Below are positions 1 through 10,900 of a stretch of DNA of 64,000 nt, one piece after another (within the stretch, counting starts at the first letter, position 1; each line of letters starts with the position of its first letter). The stretch is from Euglena gracilis. Taxonomy: Eukaryota. The stretch is from NCBI GenBank assembly GCA_039621445.1, contig CP154954.1, forward strand, positions 49,579,847 through 49,643,846. The letters run 5' to 3'. The notes beneath the pieces are model-generated. The model saw nothing but the letters and a program-made list of their open reading frames with translations. It was not told the origin of the DNA and did no database searches. The translations under genes were made by a program, and so were the position numbers.

Positions 1-936
1 TTCTGGTGGTTTTTTTTTTCCTTTTTGTTTTTCCTTTCCTTTTTCGCCCTCCCCTTTTCCCCCTTTCCTTCCCCCTTTGTCCCCTTTCTTCTTTTTCCCT
101 CAGTTTCCTTCGTTCATTTTCTTCTGTTCCTTTCCCCTTTCCCTCGGTGCCATTTTCTGTTTTTTTTTTTCATTTTCTGCTGACGGCGTCCGGGTTTCTA
201 CCGGCCTTTCCTGGGTCCACGGTTCAACCTTTTGGTTTTCGGTTTTTTCTCTGGTTCTTTTCGGGTCGGTGGGCTCGGGCGGGGGTTCTGGGGGTGTTCT
301 TTTCTTTTCCGGGGCAATTTCTTTTCTGTCTTGATTTCTGGGGTTTGGTGGTTCTGGGGTTTCATTCTGGCTGGTTCCTGTCTTCTTGTTGTCTTTCTGG
401 GTGTTTTTATGTGTCGGAATCCTTTCTGTCCGCTGTGTGGGGTTTTGGCCCCTTCCGTCGGGTTATTCAGGGGGGGGTCGGGTCGGGGGGGGTCTCCCTC
501 TCGTTTTTTTTTGTGTGGGGTTTCCAAATCTGTGTTTTCTGGTGCAAAAAATCATGCTTTCAACCCAAAAAAAAAGAAAAAAATGAATGCCGCAGAGATA
601 AAAAATGAACTTTTTTCCAAAAAAAATTGCAAAAAATTTTTCCCCCAAACCCTCCATGACGTTTTTTTAAAAAAAACATATTTTTTTTAAAGAAAAAACA
701 TGTTTTTTTTGTTTCAAAAAAAACAAGCCGTCAACCTTGCAGGCAATTGCACAAAATCTGGCCCCCCAAAACCCCAACTGGATTGCCAAGCAGAGGGGGG
801 AGGGGAGCCTTGTCTAACCGGGGTGGTGCATGCGGCACTTCAGTCGTTGCATGGGCCAATTTTTTGGCAATTTTTTCGGAGAAATGTTAAAAATGTCACC
901 TTGTTTGGACATTTTTCGGGTCCGGAAGGCAAATTT

Positions 937-1490
937 TCTGATACGAAAACTGTGTCCAGAACGCCGGTTCGGGCGTGAAGCCGTGTTCCAGAACGCCGGT
1001 TCGGGCCCCTGGGCTTTTCAGAATTATGGTTAGGAAATTTTAGCTGGACCCCTTGGGTTTTTTCAGAATTACGATTTTGGACCCTTTTCGCAAATTCCAA
1101 AATCCACTGTTCACCTGCCATGTTGCCCCTTGATCGATAACCCTTCTCAAGGGGTTTAGATGGCCTTAGATTTCAGCCCTGCTGCATGGTATTCTATTTC
1201 AGAAAATCCCCAGATTTGGCCAAATGGAAATTGTTGCACAAAATACCCCAATTTCTGGCCAAATACCCCCCAAAAAGTGCCCAGATATGATTGCCTCGTG
1301 TCTACAAACCATTTTGGACATTTTTTGGCACTTTTCATTTTCGGTCCCCAGGACGCCGTTTTCCCGCCCGAACCGGCGTTCTGGACACCGGTTCGGCGCA
1401 GAAATTTCTGCGCCGAACCGGCGTCCAGAACGCCGGTTCGGGCGTGAAGCCAGAGCCCCAATACACGGTTTCAAGGAAATACATGTTTCT
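937..1490. repeat. Dispersed repeat built from AACGCCGGTTCGGGCGTGAAGCC-type units; related copy at ~26465-27420 and its mirror ~61320-62277
   Basis: Near-identical blocks (tctgatacgaaaactgtgtccagaacgccggttcgggcgtgaagccgtgttccagaac; agatggccttagatttcagcc...ccccaatacacggtttcaa) occur at both loci. Confidence 0.8.
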
Positions 1491-1879
1491 AACAATTCAA
1501 TCTTGTTTTCGGGTCATTTTTGGTGGGTTCAAAAAATTTTGTGATCTCTTTGGCACCCGAAGGGGTCGAAGGGGGGGGGGGTAAGGGCCTTCGGCAAACG
1601 TGGTCTCCAACCCAAGTCAACCATGGGCGCCCCCCCCCCGGTTTTATGATCTGAAATGGGAAAATAAATACAAAAGATGCTCTTGCCCTCAAGTGCCATC
1701 GCGCATCAATCTTTGCAATTTCTCTTGATTGTCCTTCCGGGGACAAATTCTACAGTGGGTTGTTAAATGTTTTCTTTCTGGGGTTGTGCAATTCTGCCCA
1801 CCGGATGATTTTTCGCAGCAGAGGTTGGCAAATTTGCCACCGGTTCTTCTAAAAAAAATGCTTTTGCCGATTTGCCGAT

Positions 1880-1893
1880 TGTCTTTCCTTCAG
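1880..1893 (+). promoter_or_regulatory. Candidate spliced-leader trans-splice acceptor (pyrimidine tract + CAG) upstream of the SPFH ATG
   Basis: tgtctttccttCAG ends 25 nt before ATG 1919. A similar ...ctcgCAG ends at 17166, just before the J-protein ATG. SL trans-splicing is general in euglenozoans. Confidence 0.45.
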
Positions 1894-1918
1894 TCTTGGA
1901 CTTGTCGATCCTTTTTGT

Positions 1919-4900
1919 ATGGGCTGCGTCTATTGTGTGGAGCAGTCAGAGGTTGCTATTGTTGAATCATGGGGAAAGTACGAAGCCACACATCTCCCTG
2001 GCATTCATTGTTTAGTTCCATGCAGAGATCAAGTTGCCGGCAAATTGACTTTGAGGACACGAGAACTCCACATCAAAGTTGAAACTAAAACAGCTGACAA
2101 TGTGTTTGTGACAGTGCTCATGCTCCTTTCTTCATCCCTTGTAGTTATTTTCCCATTTTATATCAGAGCTTGAAAGAACTTTTTGAGGATTTTGCCTTTC
2201 ACTTTTTTTCCATGCAAAAATTTACCGACACTAACAGATTCTGCAGGGGCGCTGGGACATGCGAGCGAAGCGAGCGGCCCGGTGCCCCTGCTGTTAGTGT
2301 CGTTCTAAAAACCTATTTTGTGTGCCCGCACGCCTGTCTTGAATTTCATTCTACCGAACCGCCTGGATGGAAATATTGCCAAATAAGTGGTTTCCTGAAT
2401 GGAGATCCACCGACCTAAACAGATTCCGATGTCTTGGAAATCGACCAACCTTTGTTTCATTTTTCTGAATGACATTTTGTTCCATTTTGGGCATTTTTGG
2501 CAACATCTACATTTCCCCAAATTCTCGACCAATGAAACTGAAATTCCTGATTGTTAGATGATCAGGATCGTATCCGCCTGTTTCTGTTTCCACCAAAGAG
2601 TAGTAGCCTAGTAGGTCAATCTTTGTTCTTAATGGGATCCCCACCCCATTTTGCACAGCCAAAGGAAAAACCAGTGAAACCAGATTAGGGGAACCCCCTT
2701 TTCCATTTGTTTTATCGAAGCTTTGCATCGGTCACAAAGCTCAGTGGCCAGAACACAGGGTCAGTGACCTGAGGTTGTGGGTTCGAGCCCCACTGTGTGC
2801 ATTTCCATTTTTGCACTAATGTGAAATGATGTGCCTTGGGTTCAAAAACTGCATTCACAGTGGGGTTCATAATGGGCATTTTTTGAAGAAAAAAAACAAA
2901 ACAATGTATTCTTTTTAAAAAAAAAAACATCAAAAAACAAAAGGGGAATTTCATTGAAAAAAAAACTCGTCCACACTACGAAACAATGTCCTCGGGATCC
3001 TTTTTTCAACACAGCAGGTGCTTTTTGCATCTCAGCAACAAGAAACTCCAGGGATGAAGGGGCTTTCAGACTGGCCTCCCACACGAGGTTTTGCCGCTTG
3101 GCCACGAAGAACAATCTATAAAAAAAATGAAGAATCAAAATTTCGCTTTTCAACTTCACCTATTTCAACATTTACGGATTTTAGCAGGGGCACCGTTACA
3201 ATGAAACGGGTTTAAAGACAGGAGCCCGTTTCTTTGAAACAATTTTCAGAGGGGCGCCTTTACTATAAAACGGTTTTCTGAGGGGCGCCGTTTTCTTGAC
3301 AAAAACCACAAAAAAAAAACGGGAAAAAAGCGTCCGTACGGGTTACTAATCGTCGAACGTTGTTCAAGACAGGCGTGCGGGCCCTGCAAAATAGGTTTCA
3401 GAACAATCGACTGCACTAACAATTTTAGCAGGGGCGCCGGAGGCGCCAGGCCGCCCGGCGCCCCTGCTAAAACCGCTAGTGGCAGTTGATTTTTGTATAA
3501 AAACTTTTTTTCTGGGCTCGATGTCTGTCTTGAATTTCTGCTGATTTAAATGGAATTCAGGCTAAAATTGTTTAGGTCATTCCATTCAGGCGCCCGCTTA
3601 GGTCAGTCAATTTCCAAGCCGTAGAAATCTGTTGCTGGTCAGATTCGGAATTTTTAGTGAAATTTTGGACATTTTTGGAGTTTTACTTTTCTTCGAAATT
3701 TTGGGCACCATGGAGTTCAGGGAGCATTTTTAGCCTAGTCAGAGTGAATTTTTTCGGTCAGAGGGCAAAGATGACAGTTTTATTTTCTTGTCAATTCAAA
3801 GTTTTTTGTCCATTCTGACTTGCATGGCTGTCATCGCCCACATAGCTGGATGGAGATGTGTGTTCGAACTGCACCATAGTTGGCAATTTGTTTTTTTTTG
3901 GATGCTGTTTTTTTCAAAATTCAACAATGTTTTTTAAAAAACAACAAAAAATACCCATGAGGTTTTGCACAGAAAAAATTTTGAAAGCATATTTTCACTC
4001 ATTTTGGCAATTTTGGGTCATTTCTGACAAAAAAAAAAAAAAAAAAAAAGTGAAAAAAGTCATAACACAACATTGTTTTGCATTTTTGGATGGTTTTGAC
4101 CATTTTTTTGGCAGTGTTTGAATTTAGTGTCAGCGGCCCAAAAAAGGCTGAATGCCAAGATTTTCGAGGTGTTCGCTGTGAAGTGTGTAGTGTTTGGTGG
4201 CACTGGAAGTGTGTGGATCTCCGACATCCATCCAGATTTGGGTGGATGTGCGAGGGCTGTCGCAACGCTATGCAGTAGTTCGGTTTCAGTTGTGCAGTCC
4301 TGGTCGTGATTGTGTCTGGGTTATTTTTGTCACGTTTCTGTACTTACCACGTTTTCAGCTCTTTTTGAGCTCTGGGACACTAGAACCAAACCTGCGTGTG
4401 CAATTCTGCATTCACATATTCGTCATCTGTTCCATCAGTTACCAGGCAGGTACAAGTACAAGTAAACGGGCGCCCCTCTGAAAACCGTTTTAAAGAAACG
4501 GGCGCCTGCCTGTCTTGAAAACCGTTTTATTGAAACGGATGCCTGTCTTGAAAACCGTTTCATTGTAACGGCGCCCCTGCTAAGTTCCGTTAATGTCATT
4601 AAATTTTTAGGACAGGCGTCGGGCCCTGGAAATAGATTTTAATGGAGGCTGGGTGGTCAGGGGGGAGATGAATTTGAGGGGGGGTCTGGCCGGGGCGGCG
4701 CACGCGGCGCTTTTGCTACGGGCCAAATTTAGGACATTTTTTAAAAAAAATTGAAAAATAAAAAATTTCGGTAGTTTTTCAGACCGGGACAGCAGTTGTT
4801 TAATGAAATAATGTCGAAAAAATTCAGTCCAAGTTTTTTGGGGCATTTTGTGGGTCAGATTGTTTTGTGACCGCCTAGGCAGAGGGGGGGGGGATGAGGG

Positions 4901-7900
4901 GGGGTCGGGTGGGGGGGGGGCGCCACAGCATGCGTTGCGCCACGGCGCCAGGGGGGGGGGATGGCGTCCGGCAAAATGGCGCCATCTATACAAACAAGCC
5001 ATTCACCTCCAAATGTTGAGTCTCAAATCATTTTCTGAACATCCACTTAGGCGGCCGGATTTGCACTCAAGTTTTTTTTATGATTTGCGCACTTGCACTG
5101 CAGTATTCAAGCCGGTTCAGTCACCCCGTCGGCACCAGTTCCAAGTGTCGTAACAGCCGGTGTGTGCCTCTCACCTGTTTGATGTACGAGAGCACCAGTC
5201 TCACCCTCGGCCCTATTCACGTCACTCGGTAAGCAGCATGCACACCAAACCACCGGGAGTTAATGCCCTACAACACAGGGGTGTAACAGTTCATTAACTG
5301 TCTTCCGTGTGTCAGGGTACAGGGTCCCAGAAATTTCGTAAAATGGTCGAATTTGCGCAAATGAGCCCATTTCAAAGAAGAAACCCTTAAGTGCAAATCC
5401 GGCCGCCTAAGATCCAGCAAAAAATCAACCAATGTAACCAATATGGTTTTTGCATTTTCAGAACGTCGCAGGGCAAAAAAACACCCCATTCAATCAAGTG
5501 ACCACCCCAGAATGACATGAAAAATGAAAAATTAAACACAATAGTGGGGAACACAGGGGGGAACACAAACGTGTTTTTTTTACATTTTTGGATTTTGGCA
5601 AAATTTGCTTTTTCTTGGCATTTTTGGGATTTTTTTGTTGAATATCTGAAAAATATCTGATCCAAAAAATTCCTCATTTTTTGTCCGATTTTCCGCCGAC
5701 GCTTAAAATTTTGTCAAAAAATTTCCACTTTTGTAAATAATTGGCATTGCATTTTTTGTCAACAAAATGCTTATTTTTATGCAAAATGAGAAATTTTCCC
5801 CGGCGGAGCCGAAAATTCCTTTCCAATGTACATCCTGGGAGATCCTAAAGAATTTTGTATGCAATTTGCGGTTTTTTTTTGTGGGTTTTTTTGTGGTTTT
5901 TCGGTGGGTTTTTTTTGTTTTTTTTGTGTTGTTTTGCGTCGTGTTTTTTTGGGGGGTTCCATGTGTTTCCCCCCTGGTAAACAGCGTGGAAAAGATTTCA
6001 AATGAACAATGTAAGAGTGGGATCGAATGTGTAGGTGCCACTGACCTCCCTTCAATGGTTGGGTTTTGGTGCGGGTGGGTGGTGTATCACACCGAGAGGC
6101 CCCGAAACAGTTTTGAGCGGAGAGAGTGAAGCAAAGGGCTTTAGAATGGAAAGAAAGAGTGCGACACCAACCGTCACCATCATGTTCATGCAGGGTTGCT
6201 TGCATTCCTTGAATCTGTTCTGTCATATCCCCCCCCCCCGATCTTGTCCCATACCTTGGCCCACAACAGTCCCGGTGTGGGACAAGATCGGGGACAACAA
6301 GGGGGTCAACAAATTTCCTTTTGTGGACCCTTCCTTAACCCAGGCCATTGGCCGGGCATGAGACAAGATTGGGGACAAGATCAAGATCGGGGGGGGGGAT
6401 GATAATGAGGAAGGACCCCAAGATAGTTCTGTCTCAAATTAGTCCCAGACCCTCCCCCATTGTTCCTGACCTGAACTCTCAACCAGTTGACCCCCCACCC
6501 CAAATGGCCCAAATTTCATTGATTTTTCATCGAAAACCCCCCAAAAATTCAGTGCCTTTGGCGCTGGAACCCTGCCCCTCTCTGGGAAGTCAGCCGGTCC
6601 GAGTGACTAGCGAAGTCAACTGTGGGGGGGGGGGTCCAGCAGCCCCAACCCTCCCCAGTTGACAAACAAAGTCAACCGAACCGGGGGCGGTCCGAAAATG
6701 AAGTCAACCCAACTATCTACCTCCAAGGATGGCTGGAGACAAAGACCTATCAGAGGCAACTGCGCTTCCATAAGCCTGCAGTTTTCTTTCAAGACCGGAG
6801 GCGTCCAAAAAATGCAATTGGAACGAAAATTGAGAGCAGCAATTCCAAATTTAAGGCCTGTTTTTTTTGAAAGAAAGCATTTTCTTCTTTTTCAAAAATA
6901 TACGGAACATACCATCCCTGGGTATAGTATTTTGTGCATTTTTTTGCAACGTTCATGTTTCCTTTTTTTGCAAGTTTTTTTTGCAACTATGCGCAAAACC
7001 AAAAGAAACAAATGAATTTTTACATTTTTATATCTTTCAAATGTGAACTCCTGCGAAAGGAGACCAGGCAGAGGGGAGGGGTTGCAGCGCGCGCCGGGAG
7101 GTCCAGTGGGGCAGAACATGCGGTGCTTGCATTGTGGCGTGGGCCAAAATTTGGTCATTTTCTTCGGAAAAATGTTGATGTTTTGGCCATTCTTCGGGTC
7201 GGGATGGTGATTTTTCAAGGAAACATACAGGAAAAATAGTTTTAATTTTCGGGCTATTTTACGAGGGGTCAAAATTTTTTGAAACCCCCCAGCAAGGCTG
7301 GCAGTAAAAAGAATTTTTTTTTTGAAAAAAGAACACAAAAAAATCCAACAAGGGTTGGAGGAATATTCTTTTGAATGGGAATTTTGGTAGGGTTTTCCCA
7401 TCGGCCATCACATACACAGCGATTTCCAGGGGGATTTTGCCTGTGCCCAGGCTGGGCCGCCGGGCTGCCGGGACGTGCCTCCGGGTCGCCGCTGGGCAGG
7501 AGAAAAAGTCCCTTTTCAGAAAAGCCATCTTTTATGGCATTTTTTAAAATTCAAATCCCGACCCGGCTCGGCAGCTTGGGGTCGGCCTGACCTCCCAGCC
7601 TGGGCGCAGCTGGATCTGGTGGAGCATGCTGTCCTGGCTGTTGGCCTGATGGCCCAGCCCGGCCTGACTTCCTTGCATCCCACCCTAAAAGGGGCTGCTG
7701 CCGGGGGGGGGGGGGTTCCCATCCCTCCTAGTTTAGTCGTCCTCTGCCAAGGAGCTGCATATTTGAAGACCAAAAAAAATCTTCATTTTTGCTGGGCTTT
7801 TTGAAAAACTCAACATCCAGTATTGTTGAGCACCACACGTTCAGGGCAGACATTTATCAAGCCAAAACAAAATTTGTTGTTTGGGCGACTGGGACCAACA

Positions 7901-10900
7901 GACTGGATCAAAATGTGAACAGCAGTTTCAACCGAAATTGCAGCGGTGTGACGCTTGGCTTTCAGTTGTTGGGAGAGGGGGAGGGGACAGGTGGAAAACA
8001 ACAGGGCAGGGATGGGATGCAGTAGCCTGAGAAACAATATTGGTTGAAACCCATGTTCAGCAGCATTTTGCACGCAGAAATATAGGGGGTGATAGCTTCG
8101 GAACCAGTCGTACACCTGCAGTGCGGTATTGTGTCTCTTCCCTCCCCCACGTACATAACATCCCTGATACCCTCAAAACTCCCCTGGTGTATTTATGGGG
8201 AGGTCCAATAAAGGCAAAATCCCCTGGACTGGTCACCAGCGGCCTTGGACGGGTCACTGGAGGCCAAAAAAAGTGCGATTGGGAGGGAGGGTGTTACTTA
8301 ATTGGGGTGGCATTTATGTCGGGAGTGGTTCCATATCTATTAAAATATGCTGTGTGGTACAGTGTCATGTGGTGTGAGGAAGCTGGACGATGCAAACTTA
8401 AAAACAGGAGGGGCTCGTTGCTGGGTTTTGCAATGCGAGTACCCCTGGGCCAAGGTGCTGGACACCGGCCTGCGGCAGGCCTTCTATGAGCTGTCCCATC
8501 CAGGCTGAATTTTGAAGGTGAGGCCGACCCCGCTCCGGGAGGGGGGGTAATGCCTGGCTGCCAGACACTCAAAGGCCCTCCGACATCCCCCTCTGCCGGG
8601 GGTTGGACATACTCAGCCTAGTCCCATCCAGACCAGCAGCTGCACTCTTATGTCCTGAACAATGCCCACACAGGCGCTTTGGTTGGCTCTGAAGGGGGAG
8701 GGTTGCACCGGTTATTGCTTAAGGGTTCGCAGTGCCCCGGGGGGGGGGGGGGCTGAATTCAGGGGGGAGAAAATTGCACCGTGCAATTTTTGCAGTTTTG
8801 TGCAATTTTCGATTTTCCTGAAATGTGCAATTTTTGGCAATTTTGTGCAATTAATTGCACATGGCCCAGGATATTTTGTTTTGGAAAATGTCAGTTTTTG
8901 ATGCCTTTGAGAGCTTACCGGTTTTTTTTTTTTTTTTGTAACTGATGTGCGTAGTGAAAATTTCCGTTCAAAGGCTGTTTATTGTTGGTTTACTCAGTGT
9001 GCGAACCCTAACTTGAGTCCCCTGCCCAAGTGTCTTCCAACAGAAAAGGAAAAGGAAAAAGGAAGAAAAAAGGAGTTTTTTTTGGAAAACCGTGCAATAC
9101 GTTTTTTTTGGTTTTCGTGGTGCATGGTCCCTGGCATTCTTGTGAAGTCTGTCCATGCCTCTACACGTCGTCGGGTTTTCAAATTTCTCAAGGCGCAAGG
9201 TCGCCCCCTGACCCTCCCCCCCAAAGTAGGGGGCACCCGCTGGAACTCTTGCAGGGTTTTCCCCCTCAAGAAAAGGACCCTGTTACTGTGCAGGGACGCT
9301 TTTAAATGGTGGTGTGAGCATCTTTTGGAAATGAAAAATTTTTTAGCATCGGAAGTACAGCGCATGACACGTTGCGTCTTCCGCTGGATGATGAAAAAAT
9401 TCAGGATGTCCACTATGATGCTGTTCAATGGTGACATTGATGGCCGCTTTGTTTGACCGCGGCGGACTGCTGCCCAACAGGCTTCACCTGTTTTGCTGTG
9501 CCGCGCTGTCATTTTTGGATGTTCTTGACAAAGGAACAAGATGAGTCTCCAAGTAGGTGCATGTGTGCATGCTCGTTACAAGGGATCCAATGCAATCTCC
9601 AAGTATGTGCAATTTTGTGCAATTTTGTGCAATTTTGTGCACTTTTGTGCAATTTTTTTTGCACTGCAATTTTTGACCTTCCGATGTGCAATTTCTCCCC
9701 CCCCCCTGCTGAACTGCAGCTAGTCCAAATCTGCCCAGTGGGAATTCCAGTGGACTCCCCGGCGGGGGTCCGCCAGCAGGGCTAGCTAGTGGAAAGATTG
9801 AAAAAGATTGAATTTTTTTTCAAAACTTGCCAAAAATGGCCATATTTGGCCATGTTTGGGATTTTTTTTTGGAACATTTAAAACCTGATGTCCACCTCGG
9901 CACACAGCGCCGAAAATTTTTTTCCAGTCAGGGGGGACCCCCGGACACCGGCATTAAGTGAGCGTTGGTTTTGTACAGAGGGGTCCCTCCTCCCTCGGAG
10001 TAAGAGGCGGGGTCCAACCCCCCCCCCTCAGGCCCCCTCATTTTCTTCTTGCTCCAAGAAAACATCCAAGGCTGGGGTCGAGTGGAATACCAAAGCAAAT
10101 AGAAATAAGGGAACAGTGAGAGGACACATCCATTTTGATTGTGTGATCAGTTCTGAGTCGGACGTTCACAACGCTGGAGAGCCTTTGTGACCTGGTCAGG
10201 GCCCAGATCCCGAAGTACGAGCTCGACCAGCTGTTTTTGGCGAAGGATGAGATCGCCAAAACCCTGAAAACCGAGCTGGAGCATGAAATGAATCAGTTTG
10301 GCTACACGATCGTGCAGACCCTCATCACGGACATAGACCCTGCTCCGCTTTATGCTTGAAACCACAACCTCATCAGCTCATCGTCTATGCTTTGGAAATT
10401 CTGTCGGTGTGAGTTGATTTCCACCATCGTCATAAAGCGCTCGTTTAGAGAAAACAAAAGCAAACAAACGCATACGCACATATCCAACCTCCGCATGTGA
10501 CCAAGTGTGCCCGAGTCAACCTGTGCTTTTGCTGCGAAAGCGCATTAAAAAACTCCTCCAAAAGGGAAGCACTGTTTCTTTTGATTTGACTTTAACATGC
10601 CACGTTGACGTCGTGTACTGTGGCATTTTTTTTTCTTTTTCAATCTGGCAAGCGATTTCCAGAATACCAAGCATGCTTCAGAATCAGACGCAACGGTGAA
10701 GCGTGCTGGACAGGCTTCTTCAAAGCAGTCTCCTCTCCTCCAACTTAGCAACAAACTGTTACCGGCTGACAGGGATAAGATCAGACAGACCGCAGGAGAG
10801 TTCGACAGACCTGTCCTATATGGTGGCCAGATGTTTCTTTTAAAGGCTGGCGACCCGTGGGCTAAGTTACCCCCCCCCCCCCCACCAGAATGCTGTAGTT

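Noticed and set aside
1-720. Phe-rich ORFs up to 200 aa
   Set aside because: Products of T/homopolymer-rich low-complexity sequence, possibly poorly polished; no recognisable protein
2730-2801. Functional tRNA gene
   Set aside because: Acceptor stem has mismatches and the anticodon arm is irregular
6170-6195. TVTIMFMQ as SPFH exon 2
   Set aside because: Wrong length and poorer match than HCSIQA at 5094-5114, which also provides the CAG/CTG stem
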